Assembly (NCBI GenBank): GCA_964035545.1
Contig: OZ037766.1
Location: 5,880,722-5,944,721 of the forward strand
DNA length: 64,000 bases
Direction: 5' to 3'
Source: Bugula neritina
Taxonomy: Eukaryota; Animalia; Bryozoa
In this document: piece after piece, positions 39,056 to 52,200 of the stretch
Layout: every line of letters starts with the position of its first letter
Numbering within the stretch: the stretch's first letter is position 1
The notes under the pieces: model-generated
The model's input: the letters and a program-made list of their open reading frames with translations, nothing else
Told to the model about the DNA's origin: nothing
Database searches by the model: none
Program-made: the position numbers and the translations under genes

Positions 39056-40200
39056 ATATACAACTTGCAGATATTGTTAGCATCCAGGTTGAAACCTACA
39101 CTTCTAGCAAAGCCTAAAAAGCTAATGCATGTATTACACTATATACAGCTTGGCTAGGCTAAGCTAGGTTAGATTGTAAAAGATATGAAAAAGGGGTAGA
39201 ACAACTACAAGAATATAAATTAAAAAGTATTTGTTCTATGTACTTGCTAATCAACTCAGCTTTTGAAAAGGAAATATACTTTTATTAAAAGACTTAGGAG
39301 CTCTCTGGTCTTTGGTTCATAATCAGCTGGTGGGATACTTACACTTTGTTATGCTTAGTGTTTCAACAACTTAATCATATCAATAGTCTGTGCCCTAGTC
39401 TATATACTAAATCTACTAAATCCATATAATATTTGCTCCAGAAAAGTTTTTTATGATGTAAAAGATCAAAGGTTTGCTATTTCTGTGTTGTTTAAGAGTA
39501 CATAGTTATAATATTTCAGAAGAAATTTTTATTTTCATTGTAGAATTTATTTCTGTAACGAGCAAACCCTGTGAGTATCAAACAAATACAAAAAAGGCTA
39601 AGAGACAGTAAAGTCAAATAAATAAAATACATCATAGAATACATGATAGAGCTTAGTCAATGCCAAAATCAGGTTAATGTAAGTCTGCCCATAATTCAAT
39701 ATACTGTGAGATGGCCCCTGCTTTGCAAATTGCAATATTTTTGTAGAATTTATTGGTTGAATGATCACCTTGCCATTCAGTCCATTGTATCTTAAATATT
39801 TTCAGCATATTATGTCTGTGAGTTAAAACAATATTTTCATGGCTTATCATCTAATTCTTGACCTATGTAGCCTATAAAAGCTAACTAAGATCATCTAACT
39901 GAAAGCACTTTGTCTAGTTTGTAGCCTTCCTACATTCAGTTTATTGTACAAAGCAGTCAACGTATGTTGGCATAATGTAACTGCACGGGGCTCGACTGCA
40001 AATTAAAGTAATGGCTGTTTTTTTTGTAAATGGGCGACCTAATAAAGCTTAAGTTTTTATAGAACTTGTTTGCTTATGAGAACACTGACACTATAGAACA
40101 AAGAGTTATATTTCAACAATTTCTAAAAATTGTAATGGATTTCAGTAGTACAAGTACAAATGCTTAATACAAATGCTCCTAGCCAGGGAGTAGAAAGAAG

Positions 40201-41073
40201 ATGGCCGACGAGGACGACGCGCCCGGACAGGAACCGGCAGCAGTAGAGGAGGATCACATAGGCGGCCCAGCGCTGCCTATGGACAGGTACCACTTGCGGG
40301 CTCCCATCTTGTCAGGAGAAGAAGATGTGGAGCAATTCATCACTGAGTTTAGTGATGTGGCGGCCATCTGCAGATGGCCGAATAGGGTTACTCTGATCCA
40401 GCTGCGGTTATGTCTGATAGGGCCGGCTAAACCCTATGGGATAAGCCAGAATGCCGGTGACATATTTGAAGCATTACGAGCTCGGTTTAGATTAACCGCT
40501 CGAGATGCTCGCGTGCAACTCCAGGGGCTTAGGAGAAATCCTAAGACCAACCTGCGAGAGCATGCTACCGTAGTCGAACGACTGGCACAAGTCGCCTATG
40601 GCGACTTGCCTGCTGATAGTTGACAGAGCTTAGCACTGGATGCATTCCTCCAGTCTATTAACAACCTCGGGTTGAAACAGCATCTGCTGGTGGCCGAGGT
40701 TGAGACTATGGAGAGAGCTCTAAGGCTTGGGAATGCCTATTTCCAAGCCGACAGTGCGTGCCGGCCTGGTACGACAATACAGCAGGTCGGAGCAGACGAC
40801 GACGTGTCGACGTCGCTGGCGAAGACAGCCATACATGTCGCCACGGCAGCAGCCGACGAGCCGACTAGCTTGACCACAAGCTTGGTTCGAGAGTTGCTAG
40901 CTGAGATCAGGCAACTACGCCAGCAGTCAACAGCCGAGCGACCCCGAGGGTCGTCGGCAGTTGTCGACGACAGGCGGCGCCCCGTATGCTGGGGCTGTGG
41001 TAGTGGTGGGCACTTCATGCGAAGTTGCCCTCACGGTAGTGAGAGGCAGTTAAACAGCAATGGCCCACGGTAA
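40201..41073 (+). pseudogene. gag: Gypsy gag with one in-frame stop (TGA at 40621)
   Basis: ORFs 40201-40623 and 40672-41073 share a frame. CCHC knuckle CWGCGSGGHFMRSC. Confidence 0.88.
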
Positions 41074-41092
41074 CTTCCGCCGACCGTGGGCC
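41049..41092 (+). promoter_or_regulatory. Programmed -1 ribosomal frameshift signal (gag to pol)
   Basis: Slippery G TTA AAC (41049-41055, gag frame), 6-nt spacer, 10-bp stem GGCCCACGGT (41062-41071) / ACCGTGGGCC (41083-41092). pol is in the -1 frame and open across the site. Confidence 0.8.
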
Positions 41093-44000
41093 CCAGTTTA
41101 ACCCCCCAAGGCAGAGGCCAAGGCCCAAACCCCACCGGGTGAGGAGGCCGCCTTCGCCAGAGTGGCAAGCCCCAAGGAGAGTTAGTAGGCCGCAAGGCCC
41201 GCCAAAAACTCCGGCTTGGGCACTCAAAAACCGCTTTGAAGGTTTGCCTGATGAGGGAGTGTACAACGAGTGGGAGCGAAACAGGGATTTCCCTCGGTTG
41301 CCCACACGAGCACCAGTTCGAGAATTCACTCGGCCGCCCATGTGTGAGCAAGACCGAGATGTAACCTGCTTGCCCATGCGACGTCGACGACCCCCTCGCA
41401 ACCGAAAAGCACAGGTGCATCCCCAACTCCATGCACATGAGGTGTCGCCTCAAGAGACGAATCGCTCAGTGAGCGCTCAGCCATATAAAAGCAGCTATTT
41501 CCTCCCCGGCAAGCTTGCCGGCAAAGCTGTCACATTCCTGTTGGATACTGGGTGCACCACAAACCTACTGAGTCGGCGTCTATTCGACACTCTCAGTGCC
41601 AGGGACAGGGCTAGCCTAGAACCATATGAAGGGGAACACGGCACGTTGGCGGACGGGTGGTGTATTCCTTTCTATGGGGTAATCCAGTTGACTGGTAGAG
41701 TCCGTGATCAGACGATCAGTGAAACCTTCATCGTCAGTCAACTCAAGAAGGACGCCATCTTGGGCATGCCATTTCTGAAGCGACACAGGTGCTACATCGA
41801 CTTTAACAAGTCGGCAGTGGTGATGGCCGAACGTGAGCTGGCCTGTGTCGACCGATTTGGCCGACCCTTGGTGGGGGGAGTGCAGGTGGTACAGCGCTGT
41901 ACTGTACCTGGGCACTCCCGTGCTACAGTTCGCTGCAGAGTGAACTGTAGGGAAATCTCCGAGCTAGGAGTGGTGGAAGGTGCACTGGGGGGCGTCCAGG
42001 GAGCGTACCCTGACCCTGCGAAGGAGTACATTTTGGATACTGATGCCAGTAACCATAATGTAGGGGCTGTGCTGTCGCAAGTCCAAGATGGTCGCGAGGT
42101 AGTGGTGGCTTACTATAGCAAAGCCCTGTCGGCGCCGGAGAAGAACTACTGTACAACCAGGAGAGAACTCTTGGCAGTAGTCAAGGCGGTCAAACACTTT
42201 AGACCATATCTATATGGGCGTACATTCCGGCTTCGGACGGATCATGCGTCTTTGATATGGCTGTGTCGACGGGCGGAACCATCAAGCCAAGTAGCGCGCT
42301 GGCTGGAAATCCTGGCAGAGTTTTCTTATCGGATCGAACACCGACCCGGTAAGAAACACGGTAATGCCGACGGACTCAGCCGCCGCCAGGCAGATGGGTG
42401 TAAGCAGTGCCAGAATACTGAACGCAGGGATGGTGGACCCCCTCGCTCGGACGTTGAAGAACAGTTGGGGAAAGCGGGTGTATACAGCTGGGAAGAAGGA
42501 CAACTCCGATCCGAATCTCCTAACGAAGCTGTTAACAACCTTCACGCAAACCCCACACTGCTCAGGAAAGTTAGGGAGCTGTGTCGGCTCCAAGCTACGC
42601 TACCAGGGCTGGTAGCTGATCTAGTCTGGGCCAAGAAGGACGGACGGCGGCCGAGTGAGGCCGAACAGCGGGTGAAGAGTGCAGAGTTTAAGTACTTCTG
42701 TGACCGCTGGGACTCCCTCCGGTTTAACAGCGATGGGCTGCTAACGATAACGTTGGCAGCCGGCACCAATCGCAGTGAACGAGAGAGGGTAGTCTGTCCG
42801 TCCGCTCTGAGGCGGGAGTTGATCTGGGACACCCATAAGCAAGCTCACGCGGGAGCTAGCCGGGTGACTAGGTGTCTTCAACTCCAGTGGTTTTGGCCCG
42901 GTATGAATCGGGATGTCCGACTCCGGGTGCGGAAGTGTGAGGTATGCCAAGCTAGTAAGCATGGTCGCCCCACTGAGACCGCAGGGAGGCGTCGCCTCCA
43001 TGCCGGTCGTCCGTGGCAGGTAGTTGCTGTAGATCTGGTAGGCCCCATGCCCACAACAGTGAGAGGTAATAACTGGATACTGGTATAAACTGACCATTTC
43101 ACGCGGTGGGCTGATGCACTGGCTATTCCAGATGCGTCGGCCCCCTCGGTGGCCAGAGCCTTGGATCAACAGGTTTTCTGCTATTTCGGCTTGCCGGAGC
43201 AGATACACTCTGATCAAGGCGCCCAGTTTCAGTCGCAACTTATGAGCGATCTCTGTAAAATGTGGGGGGTAAACCAGAGTCGGACGACCCCGTATCACCC
43301 GCAAGGGAACGGGGTTGTGAAGCGGAACAACCAAATGCTAGGGGACTCACTGAGAAGCCTGCTTATCGGTAGGAGCCAGGAAGAGTGGGACATGGTGCTG
43401 CCGCAAATCATGCGAGCTTACCGTAGTACCCCTCACTCCAGTACACTGGAGACCCCTAATTTTCTCATGCTGGGGAGAGAAACCAGGGTTCCTGAGCACG
43501 TAACTTATCATGTTCCGGCTCCCGAGAGCAACGTCCACGACTACGTGGACGAGCTCGTAAAACGCATGGGGACGGCTCACGAGGTGCTACGTGGCAGGTC
43601 AGGAGTGGTGACTCTGACGACCCCCCCCCCTTGTATAAGGTGGGAGACTGGGTCTGGATGACCAGTCATCGCCGGCGACGCGGACAGGCAGCTAAGTTGC
43701 AGCCGAAGTTCGTGGGTCCCTACTGCGGGATTGAGGTGATGCCTAATCACACCTATAAGTGGAACGGTCTGGACAAGTGTCGGTCCAGAACGAAGCACGG
43801 CTGAAACCTTACTGGGCGAGTCCTGATGCAGCAGGTCAAGCATCTCCTCTCTTAGAGCCCGCTAGACGCCCTCCTATGAGGGGACGAGGCATAGCGTATA
43901 GAGAGATAGAGGAGATACTGCAAGATCAGGACGGGGCGGCCGACCCGCCCCGGCCACCTCCACGCCATGAGGAGGAGGCCGAGACACCAGAAGACCTGTC

Positions 44001-44340
44001 TGAGCCGGCCCCACCACCAGTGGAGCCGGCCGACAGGCCCATCGCCCCGGATGAGATGGAAATTCCTCAAAATCATGAGGAAGAGGCAGCTGGGGGAGGA
44101 CCACCCGTACTGGTGGACCCTACCGTACCGGCGACACCACCCGTGGTGGAAGAGTCACCAGTAGTAGCAAATTCCCCAGTGCAGTTGGATCGTAGGCAAC
44201 GCACTAGGGCGCCTCCATCTTATTTAAAAGATTTCTTGTGTGATGCAGTGGAAAAACATCCATCAGCTATCATAAAAGAAATCTGGGGCGACAAGCAATT
44301 GAGAGTTGCGTTTCCGAAATACAAGGAGACACAACTGTGA
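41052..44340 (+). pseudogene. pol: Gypsy pol remnant: protease, RNase H and integrase; no reverse transcriptase
   Basis: Protease LLDTGC. RNase H YILDTDAS...ELLAV...TDH...ADGLSR. Integrase HHCC (HKQAHAG...CEVC), VAVDLVGP, IHSDQG. In-frame TAA at 43086, third catalytic residue reads K (GVVKRNN), frameshift near the poly-C at about 43621. No YxDD region between PR and RH. Confidence 0.9.
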
Positions 44341-46272
44341 GTTGCTTACCCAGTGGTGTAAATATAACACCACCGGGGGTAAAGAAAAGAGCGAAGCCAG
44401 CTCGCTAGTGAAAGGGGTATTATGTAATCACTTTCACTGCGAAGAGCGTTCTTTTCTATATCAACTGCCAACGTGCACGCACGTACTCGGCAGGCTGGCG
44501 TACTACGAGGCCTAAGTGGGCAGCAGACTAATGTCGTGGCTGTCTTATGGTAAGTCTACTAGTATAATTTTATTATTTAAGTAGTATTCAAGCTGGTAGC
44601 TTTAAATCAGTCTCGCTTTATCATAACGATAAAGCTGGTTTCCCAAGTCAGGTGATTTCACTGATGACTTGAGTGAGGCAGTCGACCGCGTGATTTAATA
44701 ATAATCAGTGGTTAGTAGATTGCGAGACTCAGTCGAGGTGTCGTACTGACCAGGCGAAAACCCCTTCAACAGTTTCTGGCATTCTGTTGCAGGTGAGACT
44801 TTGATGGCGGAGCATATTCTTTCTCCTGGCACCACCGTCACGCAGTCACCCATCATTCATTACATTATTAGTCGACTGCGATTCTGACTGCGTGACTGGA
44901 TTCCTGTAGCACCATAGCAGCAGTTCTGGTGACTGTCGTGGCGGATGGTGCCCTACAACAGTGAGGTGCAGGGATGCAATCAGACAGAGGAGTTTTCTCT
45001 CTCTTTTCGCCATAGCGACGACGTAATAATACTGCAAGGAGGGAGCAAATCGTAATGATAAGAAGTAATAAATGTAATACGTAATAGTAAAAGAATCCTG
45101 CATGAAAATTAATAAGTAAAGACGAAAGTCAAGATGAAGAAACTTTATATTCCCCCCTTTGGGAATTCGACGGTGATCAGTGTGAACTGTTGGTGTTCGA
45201 CGCTACCCTCTAGAAAGAGACCAGTCGACCCCCCTCCTTTTCTCCCCCCCTTTGGGGAGATTCCTTTGCAACGCTTGATTCTTCTGGTGGCTTCTCGACA
45301 CCACCAATTGCTTGGTTCGGACTATGTGAGTGTGATATAGCCCACCCTTTCCCCTCCTATGTTCATGCTTCCTTACGTGATTGGGTGAGAGACACATCGA
45401 CCCTGCGACGGGCCATAATCGTTCGTCTTGTTACTGTTATGTAAATCACTTTGATTATGTTATCCTGGTGTTATTTTGTGTTCTTTTATTCTTGTCTACT
45501 TTTCAATCGTTTTATTTTATAATGTTGTCATGCAAGAATTAATCATAGAGTGTACCTTTCGATAGGTGTGGCGAGTGTAATGGATTTCAGTAGTGCAAGT
45601 AACAATTAGTTTATATATCGAAAGGGTCGACTCTATGTTGTATATTATTGTGGAGATCGACTACATCTACTTCCAGCCGACTTACATCTCATAGTCGACA
45701 GTGGCACCACTAATACCAGCCAATCAGGAAGGACTGTTAATTGATAGCAGGTGGAGCTAGCTACTCGTAGTGGAAGCACGCTAAGTAGCTAGCCAGGCAG
45801 AGCAGCTTGGGACTTCGCTTAGAGTAGTTGTGTGCAACGTGCTCATTATTATGTAATTGTACAATTCATGTTAGTAGTAATTCAATTCTTGTGTCTTGTA
45901 AATAATAAACTTGTTAAAACGTAAATAACCTGGTGTAGTAGCTTTGTATAAGTCAACCCACATAATATAGTGAATTGAGAAATTCACTACAATATACGAG
46001 TACTTTTAGTTATTGGGAAATTAAGCAGTAATTTATCCTTTGCAATATTATTCCTTTTTACAATGAAAAAAAATTCATTTCGAAGATAAACAATTATCAA
46101 TAAATATAAGTTTCAGAACAAATTTTAATTAAGGCACCCATTTTAAAAAGTAGCAATTGGCAATCTACCAATTTTATTTTATTCATAATGTTTATCTATA
46201 TAGCTGTTCAATATTATTTCTGCAAAATGGAACTCTTGTTTCAGATTCCAAAGATTTATCCCATACTTTAAC

Positions 46273-49200
46273 ATGGCTGAAGGGGGTGAGGAACATCTTC
46301 ACATGGACAACAATGCTGTTGAACCTGGAGAGACCAATAATGACAAAAAAGCCAAGTCTTTACCGGGATGTCAACAGACAACCCCCACCTCTCAATCCGT
46401 TGATACTTCCAGTGAAATTATCGATCATGCAGAAGATTTCGATAACAGACCAGAAATGACAACCAATATTAATCCAATGAGTGAAGCACTTTTATTGGGG
46501 CGCCAAAAGCAAACTGGGGAAAAAAGAAGGTTGGAGCCTGAAGATTTGCGGGTTGGGCCTTCAGCAAGTACTAGTAGCTCCTCTGAAATTCAAAGCTCTA
46601 ATCTGTTCGAGCAGCAAATAGATTCTCCTCCACAAGGCAATAGTAGTGCTGAAGCTGCAGAACAATCCACACAGTCTACACACTATGACTCAAATAGTGT
46701 GGACCCAGCAGATGTCGTGCTTTCCATAACAGAGCTGCCTATCACAGAAGGACCATCAGAATCAGGTACTGATCAGTCTGAGAATTACACCCCACAACCG
46801 GCCTATGAGCACACAGCACCAACAACTTTATCAGAACAGAGTCCGTATGCACTATCCTACTTTGAAGATGAAGATTCCTTACCAGTGACAACAGAAGCAT
46901 CTGGTAGAGGCAGCAGGGTGGCTGACCCAGGAGATGAAGGTGATGAGGATCTCCCAACAGAACCTATTCAACCTGAGTCAGTGAGTTTTAAAATTTTCTT
47001 TTTTAAAACACTGCACGTCTTTGTACAAATATGACATTGACAAAGTCGTAAACTGTAAAGCTTTGTTAAATGAGAGCTGTTCCTAATAACTGTAGTGTGG
47101 AGTTTACCCTGCTCAAATCTCAATTGGAGCAAGAGTTTTATATCGACACACTGTAACAAACAAGTTGCAAATGCTTTCAAAACTTGAAACATCTATGAAT
47201 TATTAGGACTCTGTACTAATTAAAATTATGATTTAAATTTAGAATAAGACATTCCTTTTTCTACCATTCTAGCTTCTCTTCATTGATGACAGAGGAATAC
47301 TAAGGATATATGAGCACAAAATTGAGGTAAGGCGCATGTAATAAATTTTGAACAGCTTGTTTCCAGTCAAACATATCTCTAGGAAGCTTGTACATAGTTC
47401 TAAAAGAACTTGCTACAGCATAATACCCATGTTCTTAGGAAAGTACGATTTTTTATATTACTAGAATGCCTCACCTTTGTTTGTATTTTTCTCCATTTGT
47501 ACTTCATTAATATTATTTTGTTAGTTGACATTGTGCTGGTATAATATTAATTTAGTGGCATGCAGAAGGGGTGCCAGAAAGTGAGCAGATATTCCAGATG
47601 ATTGAAAAATTGATCCGCACATTCCACGCCCAACCAAGCTACAGAGAGGAGCTCAAGAAGATGCTTGGAGATGCCCAAACTGACAACATAGTGAGTTTTC
47701 TAAAGTTTATATTTTACTGCTATAAGTTTTTAAATGTTGGTGCACATGGTTTGATGTAAACTAAAGCTTCACACAGTCTATTTCACAACTATAATGTTTA
47801 ATCATCAAAATATTATTTGCATATAGTTGTATCTTTGATGGCTTCCTGTTTTCTACACATTGAAATTATGTCTGCAAAACCAATCACATTGTCCTTCAAT
47901 GAGAAAACGAAATTATCAGTAGTTTGATGAAATATTATACTTAGTAATTTTTGTAGTAGCTTGGGAGTTATATTCTCTTCATTCTTATCAATTTAGGTCA
48001 TCATGTGCAAAGGTGCAAAAGGAAGCTTATTATGCGAGGAAAGCATTTTTATTTTATTATAGGGCATGCGATGAAGATAATGCCAAGTGCTTTGAATGCA
48101 TTAAAGCCACATGTCTTTGCAGTTTCTTTATAAGGCATGATAAGTCAATGTATGTGTATTATCCATTGACAGTATCCTTTATTAGTAAGTGCCATCTCTT
48201 TGTTCTCATTCTTTTAGTGGCCGGATATTTCTGACAACATAGATGTTACCATCCCACCTGATGCCAGAGATTACTTTGAAGATTTCAAGCTAGATCTGGT
48301 AAACTTAGGAGAAATGCATCTAACCAGCAGCAAAGAAGCGGCTCAGAATGCACTCTCACTACTCTGTGCTAATCATGCCTCTTTGGTAGCTGGCTGCTTA
48401 ATTGGAAAGTTGTCTTTTTCCAACAAGTCCTTTGGTTATTTTCTTGCCAACTTCGTTAGTAGCAAACTATCTATGGATCTTAAGAGAGCTGTTTTTTCAG
48501 AAACTTTTTTTCGTAGTTTCAAATGCCCGCCAGACTTGAAAATTGATGGAGTTGGAGAAATCTCTCTTGAAGAACAGAGGTTGGCTGAAAGGGTGCTGAA
48601 GATGTTAATCAAACAACATCTCAGAGTACAGGTTTTTGTGCCATATAAATATATTTCTGAATGCATAAGTAAGGGAGGGTTAGGTGAGCTCCCTATTAGT
48701 ATATCCACGGTGCCCATAGAGCAACCAGAAGCAGACAAAAGTCATCTCATCAAAAATTTGAGAACAGAATTGGATGTTGATGTGAAATTGAAAGGAGTTT
48801 TCTCTCTTTGTTATCCAGGTGAGTAAAAGTTACTGTGAAAAAATTACTTGAGCTTCATATACAAAAATTATTTCAAATTTTTATATTACTCGATTTCTAT
48901 TTACAGTATACATGCATATTCACCATATGCAAGTATTGAAAATCTTCTATTTTGAAGCACTTATATAACACATTCACTATAGCAAGCAATATAGGCATTA
49001 TTCAGGTTTCATTTTACTGCAATGCATTATTTCTTATAATAATGGAGTTGAATATAAAATAGTTCACTTGGGTAATAGACAGCATATTGAAATTGTGTTG
49101 TACATGAATGACTAGTGGGTTAAGAGAGTAAAATGCTGCTTATATGATATAATTTCGATGGAGAAACTGAACGTCAGCTCAGATTTGATGCCTTTATTAT

Positions 49201-52200
49201 GCCCACATTTTAAGAAAGAACATATTAAATGTTAGATTCAGAATTAAGAAAGTGTTATTGTAGTTGATGATACAATGCATCATAATATAATAAACTATAA
49301 TTACATGCATATATACACTACTGGATTCATGGTTCTAGTATGCAAAACTCGGCTATATTATATTATCTGGTGAAAAATCATATAGCCTACTGACAAAACA
49401 TTTGCCTATATTTTGTTAGATCCTGAAGCCTTGGACAGCGACTTTGAACTACTTGACAAGGTAATTGTGTAATAATATAACATTAAATGTATTATCTTAT
49501 GAACAAAATTCATGCTATATTAATATTGTTTTTTGCGTACCAATGAATCAGACATCTTATTTTAAAACAAATTGCTGTAATTTGAGCAAAACAGAATATA
49601 ACTACTTCCAGAAGTTCTCAAGATTTTTCATATTTTGAAATTAACGACTTTAAGCAAAGTGTTATGAAATAAATAGTGGTCTATTTAATTCTTATTTTGT
49701 CAACCTTTTTTAGCTATATATTATGTGTAAATATGAACAAGTGCTATCTATGACTTAATTTTTATTTTAGTTGTTAAATTTAGAAATGCAGCGAGCTAAT
49801 GTTTATAATTTTAGAGTAGGTACACATCTAACAAAGAATTTGAGAAATTCTTAGTGTGTAATGCTGTGTGCTCTGAACTGAACACCCAGTTAAAGATGCT
49901 GCCTTGTCAGCACAAATTGTGTGGTTCATGTTTGGCAAAAATGAAAAAAGAATCCTCAGAAAAGAAATGCTCTCAATGTGACAGGGTAAATTCTAACTAA
50001 AATTTTACTCAATAGTTTAAACTTTAAAGCAAAGTTATTATTTAGACTTTCTTGAAAATTTTACAGCGCAATAAAGTTCTTTAGCATTGAAACATCTTAA
50101 TTCATAAAATAGTGCAAAATTATTTTACAATAACTGATTTTATTATAACCTTTAACTATTTGTGATGAGTTTCTTTATTACTATATAAATTAGTGATGAC
50201 TAAAAAATCATTTCAAAAAGATTGGTTGACCAAATAGTGTAGATTACATTTAAAAACAATTGTATGCAATTTAGAGATAGTTTTATAATAGTAGGGTCAG
50301 ATTATAATATTGTGTCTAAGAGTTTCTTATAATTTGGTGGCTATATGTTATTTCTGCATATTAGCAACGAACATAAGCAAGAATATTATCATTCTTAGTG
50401 AAACTGCGAAAGCAATGTGGCAGGTACTTGCCTTTAGCAGGTGCTTCTTTAGTTTCTATAGAGCATCCATGTCACAGATAATTGTAGCGCCACAACATTG
50501 ATTTTGCGGTAGCAGACTTTGATGGCTGAAACATCTAATTGTGAATTTCAGATGAATCCAAACCTTGTTCGTAATATCATCTAATATAGGTATTTAATAT
50601 TATAAATTAAATACTTTGGTCTTGCATTCAGTTAGTCTTATATACAGTTGGTCTTGCATATGCAAGACCAACTGTTTCAATATGCTTGTTTAAGTATTTC
50701 TTACAGATTTCACACACTGCAACTATAATTTTTCTAGAAATATGAAAAAGAAGTTCAAAAAATTGTTATTCGATGCCCAGTTTGCAGAAAGGTAAAACAC
50801 CTTACGAGAGATTCTATAGAATTTTATGTAGCATACAACACAAGTTATACACATGCTAATGGTGACCATTAAACCTAAGAAATCATCATATGAGTTTTTG
50901 TCTTTTTATTTTTATTATGTTGTACAAAAACTAGATGGATTTCGACAAAGAAGTAAATGAGATTTTTCTTGCAGGAACATGATGTGAGAGGAGATTTTGA
51001 TGACAGCCTGCACTCATTAGCCATTGCTGATGCTATCAACCACCCTACTTATAGACAGCTTAAATCAGAACCCGAGCCACAGCCCAAAACACAGGTGAGA
51101 TAGATAAAACTAAAATGGATAGTATTAGTCCAGTTAAACTATTACAGTATGAGAGAATGCGACATTTGTATAAGCTGATTTTTGAATTTTCTGCTCTCAA
51201 TCGTCTGTTTTTTTAAGTTACTAGTTCAATAATTTCTTATAGTATCAATGGTACACCAGTTGTCTATTACAGGTATCAGTTTGTTGTTTCTATTTCTTTC
51301 ACAACCTTCAGAATTTTGAATTCTTCATGATGGTGTCACGATTGATAATAAGCTGTCATTCGATCAACATATAATAAACATTTGCTCAAACGCTAATAAA
51401 TTATTACACATGCTGATGCGCTGTCTAAAAAAGGCTAAAAGTAAAACCAGAGCCATAGCTTATAAAACAGTCTGTCGCCCTATACTAGAATTTGCGACCC
51501 ACACCTGGTCTCCATTTAAATTGAAAAACATCAACATCATAGAAGGTATAAATAGAAAAGCCTTCAGGTGGACATTCTGTAAGAGAAAACGAGATCATAT
51601 AACTGAGCTCATGACAAATTCTAATTGGGATAGCCTTGCACAAAGACGTGACAATGCAGACCAAAAAATGTACTTTCGTATGCTTTCTGGTAGTGCCGCT
51701 ATAGACCAAGACCGGTTCTCCCTTCATTTTGCAGAGTCTCACAATACCAGACATGGTGATATTAAGGGCAATATCAATACCAAAACTGCCAAACATTCAT
51801 ATAAACATCGCATCCATAAACTTTTCTAATGATTCTAGCTGCTTTGCCTAACTGATTATAAGCACTTAACACCCACTCTACTTTATATCATCTGAAGCTG
51901 TGCGGTGTATATTTATTTATTTACTTTTTTTTTTTCTTTTCTTCTTTTTTTTCTCTCCTGGCAGTAGCTAGCTATTGAGCTTTAAATCAAAGCATAATTA
52001 ACTATATTCTTATCTCGTAGACAAAATGGTTTTCTTCCTTACTACTGATAATCTAAACAATTGTTCATACACCACTGCATCTCGATAAAGGAGCCAAAGC
52101 GCTCCGAGTGAGATTAATTAGATGAGATGAGATGAGATGAGATGGAAAAAGTGGCCCGTTGTGCCGCGGTACCGAGGTACAATGAGCCACTGAGTGGGAC

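Larger units (their letters stand above)
40131..45991 (+). mobile_element. Defective Ty3/Gypsy LTR retrotransposon (5' LTR mostly deleted, RT deleted)
   Basis: 3' LTR 45576-45991 (TGTAATGGATTTC...GAAATTCACTACA) follows a purine-rich tract. Only the first ~26 nt of the 5' LTR remain, at 40131. Flanks AAAT/ATAT. Domain order gag-PR-RH-IN. GC-rich relative to the host. Confidence 0.93.

Noticed and set aside
40737-44164. Many overlapping antisense and alternative-frame ORFs
   Set aside because: By-products of the GC-rich Gypsy coding sequence, with no recognisable motifs.
44340-45565. Possible env or extra ORF in the 1.2-kb Gypsy 3' region
   Set aside because: Only short ORFs (under 90 aa), with no signal-peptide/TM envelope pattern.
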